A stretch of DNA of 64,000 nucleotides from Hydrolagus colliei (lineage: Eukaryota). Numbering within the stretch: the first letter of the stretch is position 1; every line of letters begins with the position of its first letter. Shown piece by piece: positions 47,881 through 62,100 of this stretch. A program made the translations under genes and the position numbers. The stretch covers positions 2,914,001 to 2,978,000 of the forward strand of contig CM068747.1 of the NCBI GenBank assembly GCA_035084275.1, written 5' to 3'. The notes beneath the pieces were generated by a model. That model worked only from the letters and a program-made list of their open reading frames with translations, ran no database searches and was not told the origin of the DNA.

Positions 47881-50800
47881 AGTGGACAACGCTGCTTTAC
47901 AATAAATGTGGTGAAGAATGAATATTTCGACAGAAATAGGCAACACACTTTGGGTTTGGAGTTGTCCCAGGTTTGGTCTTTCAGCTCATTGTTCAAGCTG
48001 ACACTTCAGCACAGGTTTGGGGGGGAAGACAAACCCACGTACTTTCTGAACTACATTTCTTTACTGTGGCCTTACTACTGGCAAGAAACGTTTCCCTCTC
48101 ACAGAAACAGGTAGAAACAATGATCAAAGCCACATGGTCCAGGCCCAAAGAAGTGTCAGTTAAAATGGAATTGGGGGAGTAAACATAAAGCAACGCTTTT
48201 AAACGTAGCAAGGCAAGAGATTTGATTGTTACAAAAAGTGAAATCAACACCTCAACAATTAGGGCTTTGGTTTTGTAGTGTTAATGCGGAGCTGAGAGGG
48301 AAGAACCCCTGCCCTCAACATCATTTTGAGGCTGATTTGTAGATATTTCGAGTCTTTTGCAGTTTCCAATTCAAACACCTACCTGATTGCAATTATCCAA
48401 CATAACCGGGATACAATGCGGCCACTTGAAGTGAGAGTCTCACTGGCGGGGTCCTCTTTAAAAATCAACCCCTTAGAAAGGAGTTTGATTAATATCCTTT
48501 AGTTTCGTTCCAACCAGTTTAATTCATATGTCCTTTAAAATAAATCGCAGAGCTAATCCAGCCTCCTTCTCTGGCTTTAAAAACAGACACGTCTCTATAA
48601 CGGTCGCCAAAATTACATTGTCTGAGCGAGAAGGAAATAATAGGATGTTAATCATGACTCTCTGTAATGGGTTGCTTTTTCAAAGAGGTCCTGTTGGTCA
48701 GATGCCCTCTTTAGATGCATGCTGTGTTCAGAATTGCAGATGAAAACTACTCCCATTTGCGTCCACTTAGCTAAACAGGTTTGATCAGAGAGAATGGAAA
48801 ACGTTTAAAGTGCTACTATCCCCTGAATAAAACAAGAAGCTGAATATAATTCATGGGCAGAATTTTGTATGCTGACCATCTCCTCACATTCCCATTTTAC
48901 TGCTGAAAATCGCTTTGAGTGGTTGAGCTTTTAGCCATTCTCCCCCGCTTTGTGGAACTCCAAACAGCTCTCTCCCTCTCTCTGCTTCACTCCCACCCCT
49001 CCTGTAAAGCCTGCCTTGAGACCTTTCTTTTGCTTATCTTTCCTCCCCTCCCTTCTTCACCTCTCCACCTCTATTTCCGGCTCCCAGCTGGCTGTGATGC
49101 GTCTTTTTAACACGAAAGGCACTATATAAATGTAAAATTGTTATACTTCTGAAACAGTTTGGGAGATGAAGCAGTGAGAGGCTGAAGAAGTGAGAGGCTG
49201 AGCAGTCATTTCAAGCAGCCTCCGCTAAATGCATACTGTGGATAACATGCAGAGCTGCGACTGGTTTATGTGGAAAGAATGGAAAAGTTTGTGTGTTTTG
49301 ATGCTGCCAGAATTGCAATCATTACTGTATAAACATTCACATTGCCTGGGACATCCACGTGACCTTATTTTCTGTGCCAATTTTCAACTAGAATACCAAT
49401 TGAATGGAAGAAAGGCCGGGGGGTTACTCTGGAATGATTGCATCAGATTCAGATGGTGCAATGGTAGCGCTCTCACTTCCGAGTCAGAAGATTTGTGGGC
49501 TCTGGAATTCCCTTCCTCACTCCCTTCGCCTCGGGTCTCAGTTTCAGGTCTCAGCTGAAGACCTTTTGTTTGCGCCTTTGGTCACCTTTTTCCCCCTCCC
49601 CGCTGGCTCGGGCCTGGGATCCGTTATTGTGAAGCGCTCTGAGACGCTGTCTGGTGTGGAGGGCGCTATATAAATCGAAGTTGTTGTTGTTGTTGTTGTT
49701 TGGCTTTCAGATCAGCTGTAGATTTCCAGCACTTGTGTTTTTATTCCAAGCTGTGTGTTATGTTAGAATCTGGGGCCAAATGGCTCATTGAGAATATACA
49801 ATGGTTCTTCACACTGACTGATTAGGACACTGTTATTTCCTCTGCAATTAAATTGTACCTGCCGAAGACGTGTGAAGGCACAATAACTCTTTTATTCTAA
49901 TTCATATCCATTTGATAGCCAAGTTCTTGAAGGATAACAGGAAGCAAATTACATTCATATAAAATATACTCTTCAATTGCATGTCCTGATAAGTGAGTAT
50001 TAATAAGGGGAAGGGGTAACAAAGCCACACCTGATTCTGTCTCACCCAACATTCACATGTGCATGTCTCATGGGAGATAATTGTTTTGTGATTGGTAGTG
50101 TGGACTACAGCTAACTTTATCTTTCTCTAACCCAAGTAATAAGTTGGCAGAATCAAGAGTTTGACAAAACAGGAGTAGTTCTGTGGCATTTCAGTAACAA
50201 CTGGCTTTTAAACTGAAGGTCCAACTTTAATAACACTGGGCGATACACCAAATTTTACAGCAATATGGCAATAATTTTACCAGGATGACAGACAAAGAAA
50301 TCGCTTTGGGAAAAGCAGCATCAAACATTCAAGTTAATATGATATTAAGAAATAAATGGAGGAAACATCAATAACCATTATACTGTATAAAGCAGTATAT
50401 TAATTTACCCAGAGCAGAAAATGAAATGTTTTGGGGGTTTGTTCTTTTTCGTGTCAGCTGGGGTTACAACAATCCTGTGGTGAATTTTATTTGGGTCCTA
50501 ATTTGTGGAACAGACCCTAAACAAAAAGCAGCAAAAATTGCATTAGCCTCGCATAGAAATGGGATAAGTGTCTAATTGGAAAGTGCTAAGAGGGTACAGG
50601 ATCAATGGAGACTGAAACCAAGAGCAGACTGAATCCAATAAATGCGTCAAGTGACACAACAATACACTTACTAAGGTCTTTAGAGAGAAATGCTTTTAGA
50701 CGATGGAAGTCGGCTGAGGCTGAACAGTGTAGATGGTAGAAATGGTTGAATAAACCCAAAGAAACATAGCGTATTTGAAAATAACATAATGTACTCTGCC

Positions 50801-50934
50801 GAGCAACTTTACACTCTCACAATCTTGTGGATGTCAGAGGTGACATTTATTCCAGAACATAGACAGAGTTCCTCTTTACTGTCGGAGAAAAAACATTAAA
50901 TCAACAGCAGACCAGGTGCGTATCCTTTCATCAA

Positions 50935-51135
50935 ATCATAGAATCTTAGAAGGAGGCCATCCGGCTCATTGTGCCGTAGCCGTCTCTTTCAAAGAGCTAT
51001 CCAATTCATCCATTCCCGCTCTTTCTCCACAGCCTTGAAAATGTGTTCTAATTGGTAATTGTAGTTAAACTACAATCGGCCATAAGTTGGTGGAACAGAC
51101 TTGAGGGGCTGATGAGCCTGCTCCTGTTCCTATAT
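50935..51135. mobile_element. CR1 3' UTR remnants, opposite orientations
   Basis: atcatagaatc...aggaggccatccggc (-) and gacttgaggggctga...gcctgctcctgttcctat (+). Confidence 0.55.
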
Positions 51136-51877
51136 TCCCAAATAAATTTCTGATAATTATGTTACGTTGTGTGAAGTCGTGGGCAAAATAGCCTCACAAT
51201 TTCTACGTCTTAATGCGATTGCGAGGGAAATGGATGATAGGTTATGCCATAGCGTGGATCAATAAAACAGAATTACCTGATGTTGTTACTTCCCACAGTG
51301 GCTCTGCCCCAGAGGAGCAAAAGTGAAAGCGTTCCTGTTGATTGATAAGTATAACTTCTGCTCACACGGATTGTGAAATGCCTTTGACAACCATCAAAAA
51401 TGCCTTCGATAACCAACAACAAAAATAATCATTTGGTCACTCAATCCACGTCTGTTTGTGGGACACTGATTAATGGATCACTTCTCTGTTAGCCAACCCA
51501 CAGTGGAAATATAAACATGCCCTGAAAATATGCGTGGACATCAAAAATCCTATATTAATAATTAAATATTAAAAATTAATAATCGCATTTATAGTTAAAT
51601 TCTGCATGGGTCCTTGGGTGACTATTCCCTCTTTGGAGGATAATGTGGGCAAAGTTGATTTAATGCAGAAGTTATTAGAACAAGTAACAATTTAAATACT
51701 TGAATGTAAAGGACAACGGGGAAAGAGTAGATCATTGCTAGTGTGAAACTTTAGACAAGAAGCATCAGCGTGGGCTTGATATCAATTTTTCATCAAGTGT
51801 GTATTTTGTATGATTTTATTACTGCTGCTGTAAGAACCCTGAATACGAGAGCTCTTTTCATAGATTCCCTCATGTAA

Positions 51878-52185
51878 TGGAGTCCTGTAGCTCAGTGGTT
51901 AGAGCACTCGCCTCGCAAGCGACGTGGGTTCAATTCCAGGCAGGGTGAAATCTTGGGCAGGTTTCCTTAATCCACATATCTGATAATAATCTTCAAGAAA
52001 ATTAAATAATAAATTGGTCACTTCAATCCACGTTTGTTTGTGGGACACTGCTGTATGGGATTAGCTACCGCATTTCACCCACAAATATACAGTCAATTTA
52101 CTTTACAGTATATTCTGTGACATGCTTTGAGACGTCTAGAAGCCGTAAAAAGTGTTATATCAAGTGCAAGGATTCTTATTATATT
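51878..52185 (+). mobile_element. tRNA-Deu SINE
   Basis: Full head and tail. Confidence 0.82.
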
Positions 52186-54434
52186 ATATACTATAATAAA
52201 ATAATCATACATATGTACTGTACATATGTTTTCTTTATAAAGCTATACGTACGAGAGTAGACACAGAGTAAATGCATCACCCCTGCCAATGTGAAGTAAA
52301 CATAGGGGTTAATTATAACATTAGTTCATTTGCTGGCTCTTTTCTTGGCTACAGACAAGAGAAGACAACATTGAAAAGCCACATAGTCGTACAATAGGCT
52401 ATTAGCACCTCAATGTTAAAAGGAATGCAGCAATTTCAACAAGCTATTGATTTTGAAACTCTCCACCACAGAATGTCTTTGCTCTTTGCATCATTTATTT
52501 CAAGAGATCATTTATCATTGTGGGTGACCAAAGTGGCAGCCCGCTGAAAAGTGGAATAGGTGGACGGTCAAGATCCCCTTGTTTGAAATGTTTATCCCAT
52601 ACCCTGCCCAACCATCAATCCTCCAGATGAAATTGGTCATTCACATCTTGGCTGTTTGTGGGAAATTTATGTATGCAAATTGGCTGCTGTGTGTGTGCCT
52701 ACAAAGTACAGTACATACTTTACAGTAAATCCTGTGAGTAGTCTGAGACATTGACAATGCGATCTGTCAAATGCAATATTATTATATTATTATAATAACA
52801 CGAAGAGAGAAACAAAGGCCAGCAAACCAGATTCAGTTCAAAATGAATTACGAATCCAATTTGGCAAGTTTGGATTTGGGGTTTGAGCTTTAAGTTTCTT
52901 TCTTATACACATTGAAACACAAAACGTACCTTAATCCATGTTGCCATTTAATACAGCCATTTGGGACCTGGTTTGTAAAATGGATCTAGTTGCAATTCTA
53001 ACTCTGGTTCCTGGGAATGAATTGCAAAGCAGACCGATGGCATGAACCAGGAATGGCAGTGATGAGAGAAGTATTGAAGGAAGCAGAGCGTAAGTGGAAC
53101 CGAAGGGGTCAAATTCGGAGTCCATGAAAAAATGAGCCAGAGCTGGAACCGAGCACTGAGAATAGAAACATGGTTATGAAAATGATTTAGAGTAAGTACA
53201 GTATGAGAAAGGTGGACGACGACAAAAAAGATGGGATGAAGCAGAGAAGGGGAAATTAAGATGAAGAGAGGAACAGAACTTTTTATTGCTGGGCAAGAGA
53301 AGTGGCATCAATTAATAAAGATAAAAGGAGCTGAAAATACGGGAAAGCTGTGATAGGAATAATTGCAGACAATCCGCAGTGGCTCAATCATCATCTTAAG
53401 ACGATACATTAATATTTCTGAGGTTTTTGCAGGGTCCAGGCATCAGCCAGCCAGACTAATCTCTCTCCCAATAAAAATTTCACCAACTTTCAGTGTTTAA
53501 ACTATATATGAGCATCTGTGATGGACTGTCATGGAACGGGTGTTTGCTCAGTTACTTTACATAAGAAATTTGACTGCCATTGATAAGTTTTACGAGACAG
53601 ATGTTGAAGATAATAACGATAATAACGAATCGTCAGTTCGATGCAGACATATGCGGCGATCTATATTAAAAAATTCCTGTGTTACTGGGATTGTTAACAA
53701 GACTATTCAAAAATAGCTGGACAAAACTCCTGTGAACAAAATATCAACCTCACGCACATAGCAGCTATTTTAGGAAGTTCAACTATATTAAGGGAAATAA
53801 CATCATATACAGTATAATGTGGCAGTATTATTGGTTTGGCTGGTCCATCACTGAAAAACATTTAGAAATTACCTCCACAGAGTGATTTAAACTGCAACAA
53901 AATAATAATTCTTGCATTTACAGATAAAATTGTTTACAGGTAAATGTTCTTGTGGATAGATGCAATGAAATTTTTTTCACAAATGTACACTTTAAGAGAG
54001 GCAGCGGGAAAATTCAGCTCCCAATCAGTCATTTGTTGGCACTTTATGCCATTTGCAGAATTATAATCCGCTGTGGGATTAGGAAGCTAATGCGTGATGT
54101 TAGGTGAACGTTTAAAATATTTAAAAGCACACAAAAATGTATCTATAGATACAGTATAAGCCATACACTTTTGAGAGTTCAATGAGCCATGTATATGGTT
54201 ATGAAGGTTAGTAGTTAGACAGGGCTCACTGATTTCTCCCCTTTGCACATTTAAACAAAATTGATGTCTACTAATTGATTCTTCCAAAACAGAAAACTGT
54301 TTGCCTCTTCTCAACGAGTTTACAGAATAAATTAATAATAAATTCAATTTCACTTTTGCCTTGAATTCCTTTCAGAATGTTCTTTTAAGGATAAACTTTA
54401 CCCACCAACTGTTTTAATAATAATAATACCAATA

Positions 54435-54734
54435 ATGCTTACTTTTGATATAGCGCTTTTCACGTCTTCCAGACGTCTCAAAGCACTTCACAGAGTATAC
54501 TGTAAAGTGAATTGACCGTATGTTTGTGGGTGAAATGCAGCAGCCGATTGCACACAGCAGCGTCCCACAAACAGTCGTGGATTGAAATGACCAATTTCAT
54601 TATTGTGACTTTTCTTGGAGGGATTTTTATTAGGTGTGTGGAGTAAGGAAACTTGCCCACGGTTTCGCCCTGACCTGCCAGGATTCGAACACAGGTCTCA
54701 CGTTTGTCAGGCGATGGCTCTAATCACTGAGCTA
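54435..54734 (-). mobile_element. tRNA-Deu SINE
   Basis: Near full-length copy. Confidence 0.84.
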
Positions 54735-55122
54735 ATCAAAGGAAACTAACTGAGAGAAAAATATATTTATTTATAAATAAATATATTTATTTGTCACAAA
54801 AGACAGGTGAGATCTTTCAGACTCAATATTGGAGCTGAGGGGATAAACAAGTTAGTTACAGCATGTTGAGTTGCTGGCTACCTTGAGCTAGACAGTAATT
54901 TTCTCCAGGCAAGTTCCTGGCCAGAATTTTCTCATACAGTGAACACAAGGTAATTAATCTTTGGGAATTACTGTTCTGTACTAACATGTTTACTAGTACA
55001 ATGTGGGATCGGAAGGCATTGAAATGGAATGTGTTTTTGAATTGCTTTTGAATATCTCTTAATACCCAGACAGTGATCGCTCACTGGGCCAGACTGCTCT
55101 GAAATGTCTGCCCCAAGGTCTT

Positions 55123-55902
55123 AAGAACATAAGAATTAGGAGCAGGAGTAGGCCAGTCGGCCCCTCGAGCCTGCTCCGCCATTCAATAAGATCAAGGCTG
55201 ATCTTCTCACCTAACTCTGATTACCTGCCCTATCCCCATATCCCCTGATCCCTCTATTTTTCAAAAATCTATCAGTCTCAGCCTTGAAAATGTTCAAGGA
55301 CTGAGCATCTACAGCCTTGTGGGGTAGTGAATTCCATAAATTCACTACCCTCTGAGTGAAGAAATGTTTCCTCAACTCTGTTCTAAAAGGCTGACCCTTA
55401 ATTTTAAGACTGTGACCGCTGTTTAGAGATTCTCCTACCAGGGGAAACAGTCCCTCACTGTCTACTTTATCCAGCCCTTTAAGAATCTTATATGTTTCAA
55501 TAAGATCCCCCCTAATTCTTCTGTACTCTAGAGAGTACAGCCCTAGTTTATTCAACCTATCCTCATAGGTCAGTCCCCTCATCCCAGGAACTAACCTAGT
55601 GAATCTACGCTGCACCCCCTCTAAGGCAAGTCTGTCCTGTTTTAAATAAGGAGACCACAACTGCACACAATACTCTAGGTGCGGTCTCACCAGAGCCCTA
55701 TACAGCTGCAGCAAGACTTCCCTACTATTATACTCTAAACCTTTTGAAATGAGCACTAGCATGCCGTTCGCCTTCTTAGTTGCTTGCTGCACCTGCAAAC
55801 TAACCTTTTGGGACTGGTGTAGAAGGACACCCAAATCCCTTTGAATACTAACACTATCTAACTTTTCCCCCTCTAGAAAATAATCTATTTTATTCTTGCC
55901 CG
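55123..55902 (-). mobile_element. CR1 LINE 3' fragment with open ORF2 C-terminus
   Basis: RDLGV...LYRALVRPHLEYCVQLWSPYL...LEGVQRRFTRLVPG...RRIRGDLIETYKIL...FFTQRVVNLWNSLP; 3' end (cttatgtt)-type repeat. Confidence 0.95.
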
Positions 55903-57528
55903 CAGCAAGACTGCTCTCACTGCAACACACACTACAGGGAGTGCAGTCGGAACTCTAAGAAGTCAACTGAACTCTAAGAAGAGAAGTTTCACGTATGTGA
56001 TCGCTGAAGTATTTTTGGGGGGAAAAGAATGAAACAACACAATACAGATTTATACAACGCCTTTCACATCCTGGCCTTGAGACACACCTCACACCTTGAA
56101 TGAGGTGGGGGAGCAAGAGAATTGGAAGGACCTCAAGATCTTCATTGCTCAAGAATTGCTGCCTCAAAGCCAGATCATACACAAGGCTGAAGGCCTATCA
56201 CACTTTCCTGAAGTGAGGTGCTCAGAACTGGATGCCATACTCCAGCTGTGGCCCAACCAATGATTTATAACAGACTCAGTATAATCGCTACCTTTAAAGT
56301 AAGAGGTTATTTTATTGTTATTGCTGTGCATTTGTCCACCTTGTCCATGGTTAAGCGCATTAGCTGGAAAGATTGTCTCTTAGGTCAACCTGTTGATCAC
56401 AGTTCAGGCATGTCATCTTTCTGAAAGCCAACCCTTGGGATCAGAGTAGCTATTAATCAACTACTGAGCAATTTAAATTTCATTCAGGGGTGGATCTGAA
56501 ATAATTATTTCAGTGATTAAGTATTTGAAAGTTCTATGTCTATTACTTAATACAATATCATAACAAACGGTAGTGATACTAACTTTTGGACATTCGCAAG
56601 TTTTTCAGGGATAACATTTATCACTGCTGCCACTAGTTAATTGCACCCCCAACCCCCACGAGGTTAATTCGCTGCTATTTTAGACTGAAATCTCTTCAGG
56701 ACACGCAGTAGCGCAGTGTCAAGCTTTCACTTTCAGATCCAGTAAGTGTCCCAATTATATGCATGTAGAATGCATCTTGACTCGTGACAATTAAACCTTG
56801 AATATATTTTCCAGGTCATATTTGTATCCGTTCATTAAAAGCCCACACCTCGATTATAATAGGATTGTGGGTCGTTTGCACATTACATCATGCACTCATA
56901 TCAAACCTTTGCAGATTGGTGTAAGTGTTGGCAACAAGAAGATAAGGAGATACATTTATTTTAACTCCCAGATTGATCAGAAAAGCTAAGTTAAGGATAG
57001 AGAAAAGAGTTATGGAGAAATCAAAGACGGAATTGGTTGTTGTTATAGATAGTTAACAAAGCTGGTTAACAAAGAATCATTTGGAAAATATGATTTCTTA
57101 TCCAAAAATAACACAGCCCAGCAAATAAAAATTTCAGTGAGTCATTTAAACCTATCTTTGATGAAATATAGAAATCCAAAATAAATTCAGATTTAAATTC
57201 ACCCCAATAATTTACTTAATGGATGTTTAAAATCAGCCAGTGGTAATCCATTAACTGAGTGTTTAAATATTATGTGAAATCTGTTCAGGCAGACACGTTT
57301 TGTACAGTTGTTAAATTGTCTTGTTAGGTGCAAAGGTAGAGAATGTTTCATAAACTCAATTCGAAGCTTTTCATCAGTCACATTAACTGCACTGCTGTGA
57401 ATCTCAAAGCATCCTTAAAATCGTTTGGTACACTAGCTTCAATTCTTTCTCTCTCTCCCTTGCATTTAATATAGTACCTTATCATGTCCTCAAGACACCT
57501 GAAAATGCTTCATAGAATATACTGTAAA

Positions 57529-57672
57529 CTGAAACAAAAACAGAAGTTGCTGGGGAAACTCAGCAGGTCAGGAAGCATCCAGAGAGAAAGGAAAGCGGGT
57601 CAACGTTTCGGGTCCTCGCCCCTTCGTCAGAGCCGTTTCAGATTACCAGCATCTGTAGTATTTTGTGTTTTG
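57529..57672. mobile_element. Penelope terminal-repeat derivative with internal inversion, nested in a SINE, 10-bp TSD
   Basis: Flanked by atactgtaaa at 57519-57528 and 57673-57682. Confidence 0.8.
57597..57634 (-). ncRNA. Minimal hammerhead motif, second copy with intact core
   Basis: GGCU CUGACGA A GGGGC-GAG-GACCC GAAA C GUU^GACC; one mismatch each in helix I and helix II. Confidence 0.55.
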
Positions 57673-59074
57673 ATACTGTAAAGTGAATTGGCTATATGTT
57701 TTGTGAGCGAAACGTTGCAACCAATTGTGCACAACTCAATATTTGTGGGTTGAGTGACCAAATTATTATTATTATTTTGTTTGGAGGGATTACTATCTTC
57801 GGAAAGTGATTCACCAATCGACTGGCAAAAAGGTTCTTACTCAGTGCTAGGTAATCAGAGGTGTGTGCGCCTGTGCGTGCGTGCGAGCGTGCGTGCATGT
57901 GTGTGCAGTAAGGAAACCTGCCTAAGGTTTTGCCCTGTCTTGCCTGGAATTTGTTAAGTCTACTGCTTGTTCCAATACATTTAGCGATCTTGATTGCATG
58001 TGAATAAGCTTCTCCAAACAATTCCAAATAGGCTGACAGAATGCCTCATTAAAAAGGAAAAATATATGCACAGCAGCTGAATGTTAAATGATATGATACC
58101 CGCATGAATCAGAATTTCTAATTGACCAGGTTTAACTGTACAGTATTCTAGAAAATAATTGCATTTTTTTCCATTGGGTTATGAATGGCTTTATATTTTG
58201 ATTGTAGGCGATAAGATAATGCATGAGTGCTGACATAAATAATCTAATAACTCGTCTCATTAATCCAAAGAGCTCCATAAATCGAAATTCTGAGGAACAA
58301 TGCGCAATTCTGTCAAAACAGTCACAATGTTCATTGCTCATTTTTAGCGTTTTGCTTCTTAAAGAGTTTTCAGAATAAATTGGGAGCTTTTCAGTTTTGC
58401 CGTTAACTCCCCTCCCTCAACAGGAGAGCGAGCAATCATAGTCACAAGATCACAGGATTAGTTCAGATCAAGAAAGTCCCTTTTGGCCATCTGATGTTAG
58501 CCTTTGAGAACCCCTACCTTATTTTTCCCATCACAGCATCAAGTGTCATGGCCTCAACCACTGGCAACCTGTTCTGGTAGTTCATCTAATTCTGGGCAAA
58601 GTAAAACCTTCCTGTTGTCTGTTCGGAAATTCTGCTTTGAACTCTAAACCTGTGTCCTCTAAACCTGTCTTGCTGCGTCTGAAAGTATTGCCCTGGGTTT
58701 ATTTTTGCAATCCCATTAAAATGTTTCTATAGTCTCCCTTGATGTGCCCCGTGATTATCCTAAGTTTATGTTTTATACAATGAGGTGCGCCAGAAATAAC
58801 TTTATATCTCATATTCCATTCTCAACTGCAAATTTAAATGATAGCAATTAAATGTCTTCAATCTTATGCCAAACTGTGAGAATATGGTGTTTTTCATAAA
58901 TGATTTCAATACTGCATTTCAAAAGGTCACTCTTAAGAACCCCCACAGTTAACTCAAACCTACAGAGGTGAGAGTTTAAAAAAAAGCGATAAGAGTTTGT
59001 GTTCCTGAAAGTCAATATACACGAAAACCTTAGGACATTAATCCTGGAGTGGTTCCTGTGTTCATGGTTTAAGC

Positions 59075-59198
59075 CTGTTTGTGGGACACTGCTGTGCGCA
59101 ATTGGCTGCCGTGTTTTGCCCACAGAATATATGGTCAATTCACTTTACAGTATTGAAGGCATGATGAGGCGCTGTATCAAATGCAAGGATTATTATTA
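59075..59198 (+). mobile_element. Deu SINE 3' part with the short-tail variant
   Basis: Tail identical to the first tail in 9960-10020. Confidence 0.78.
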
Positions 59199-62100
59199 CA
59201 TTTTCATTATTCACCCTCTGAATTGGTGCCTTTTACCTCATTCTAACACATGTGAAGGGCTCTAAATAAATGCAAATTGTCATTGTACCCACACTGGGTC
59301 ATCGTGTAGGCTAAATTCCTCATTTAGAATCTTGCCACCAAATCAACAGATTTGTTTCAATGCAGCTATATTCTAAACCTTTCCTCTCTGGTTATTTTTA
59401 GATGGGAATACATTTTTGTTATGGACTGGGGAAAGGAGCACTTATTTGAAGGTATGTACATTAGAATGACAGTAGAATTTGTTAGCTACAGTAACGGTTC
59501 CCAGAATACTGTCGTGGTGAGCCAACTGGGTTTGGGCCTCAGTGCTTCAGAGCCATGTTAGGTAGACTCTGATTCTGGTCATTTGTAGAGATAGAGCTGT
59601 AAGGATTGGTATTTAATGACAATTAATCATTCAAGTGAATTGCGTCATAAGCTGATCCCATGAGAAAATAGCTTCCTCGGGCAGACAATGTAGTCTTCGA
59701 TTTATATAGAAAACCAATACCAGCCAAGAGCACGATTCTTGGACACTCTACGTGCAGTATTAACCCCTTCGTACCCATTACATCTTAGGAGCAGAGTAAT
59801 GCGGACTGTACTTCCATTAGGGTTGTCCATTTCAGCACTGACTGAATCAAGGAAAAGGTTGAGCACATTGCCCTCTCTCCATGGGGAGCGGGGGGAATAA
59901 TGCGTCACCATTCTGTGATGGCTACAGCAGCGTGGGGACCGGGATTCAAATGTCACTCCTACCGTGACACTAAGACACATAAATTCCAGCTCCTAGAGGA
60001 TCCTCGGCCCAGGATCCTGCACAAAAAGAAATCGAATGCCCCAGCAATGTGTCAACCTTGTTTTTCCAATGGGTCACCTGTTTTTGTTACACAAATGTAA
60101 TATTGTTGTGGTCATTACCCGTCACAAGATACAGTAATAGAGAACATTGATTTCATCTCTCTGGAATACTCACTCCACCTTGCTTATTGGAGCCTTGGGA
60201 CGTCCTCTTGGCGTGAAAGACGCAATACAAGTGTAATTTTGTTGTTGTTGTTCTTATTAATAATCTTTGTAGTTGATACAGAGCTTTATCATGCTGTTGA
60301 GATGTCTCAAAGCGAGTCACAGGATATTCTGTAAAGTGAATTGACTCTGAGTCAAACGCAGCAGACAGTTGAGCAAAGCAGATAGTTACACGTAGCAAAG
60401 TCCCTAAATAGCCAGAGTTTAGTGACCAATTTTATTTGGGGGATTGTTGGCCAGGACACCTTCTCTTTCTGAATAGTGCCATGAGATCTTTGACATGATT
60501 GGACCTCACTTTAACATCTCATCCAAAGGACGGCGCCTCTGACAATGTCACACACCCCGACACCTATTTGGAGCGTCAGTTAGCATCGACATCAGTTAGC
60601 ACCATAATATCTTCTCATCACAGCTTCACACAGTTTCTTAAATTGTAGGACATTGTTGGCTACCATGTTTCTCTCGCAAAGTGTAGTCAGTTCATTTTAC
60701 AATATATCCTGTGAAGTGCTTTCAAACGTTTTGGTTGATGCAATAAGGCACTACATCAAATGCAAGGATTTAAAAGTATTTCAATTACATTTCATGGCAT
60801 GCAATGCAACACATTTCCTGTAAGCTGTAATTCATATTTTGAAATGTGACAGGCATATCTAAAGAGGATGTACTGTATTATTAAATACGACATCCCTTCA
60901 CCAAATAAATGAAGGCTGATGTTTTTCCCCCATCCAGGTTTGAACACAGACTCACTTTCCTTTGTTTCATAAAACTGTTGATTCCTCTGGAAGCTCAACA
61001 AGTTTACTCAGTGAGTGTCTGAGCCACATAGCTCTGCCATATAGTTTCAGATTCTAAGTGTGCAACTGAATCCTAAGCTTCTTAATTCTCTTGCATAATC
61101 AGTGCTCTGTATGATCAGTGAGTGCTCTGTATGATACTAAGGTATCAATGTTTGATGTGTATGGAACCTGCAGAAAATCATTCCCCGCAACAGGATTTAT
61201 TTTTATGCTAATTTAAGCCTTAGGAGGACAATACTATTCAAAAGTGTTTCTATGGCGACAAAATATTAATTCAAGGGGCCAATCAACCAAAGATATACTG
61301 GATAAAAAAGCAATCATCATCCATATTGAACAAAGAAAAGTTCCTAATACTGTATTTTAATTTATAGTGTGACAACGAGGAAACATTTCTTCCAAAGGCT
61401 CACAAAAAGTGAAAATATTGCACCATCTCAAAATGCCCGAACAACTGAAATGACAAGAACTCATCAGCCAACAATACAGTTCTTTCCAGTGAGGAAACAC
61501 AGGGGACACATAGTCAATGGCTCCAAATAACAAAGCTGAAGTTATTTACATATCAATTTCACTTTGCAATTTAGTTACAGGCTTCTCTTCCAAAAATGAC
61601 CGAACCTCGTTATGTTACCAAGAACAATTTGCATTTATATAGCAACCCTCAGTGTGGCGTCCCAGAGTTCTTGTTAGTGGTGGGGTATAATGCTGAGAAT
61701 GAATGAATGAAAGACATAATCTGATCCATTCACCTCTGTTGCCACAGCTTCAACATAGACAATCACACTTAAAGGCTTGGAGATGCTATTTAGTGGAGAG
61801 GAAGGGCTTGATACTCCTATATCTTTCTAATCGGAGAATAAACTTGATCGCTTAGTTTGAAATTCTTTCATCTTTGTTCAGAAGCTGTTTTAAGCTTTTC
61901 CTGCCCCAAAGTTGCCATTCCACATCCAAATTAAATCAGAAGGGGCTTCCACATTCCCTGGACTGTCCGACTGACTCTCAGATTATTGCCAAATATTTTG
62001 CTTTTATTAATTGGAATGATTGTGAGGTAGGTAATATCATACATGAATTGTTTAAAACAATGACAACTTTTTATAGTGACCTTATCAAAGGATAGCGTCT

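Larger units (their letters stand above)
57458..57950 (-). mobile_element. tRNA-Deu SINE, long variant, host of the Penelope-derived insert
   Basis: SINE sequence resumes exactly after the TSD. Confidence 0.75.

Noticed and set aside
54759-54788. 30-bp perfect AT palindrome
   Set aside because: Pure A/T low-complexity sequence, easily produced by slippage.
59520-59980. Possible LF-SINE-like remnants (also near 18640-18780)
   Set aside because: Too degraded to assign without a profile search.
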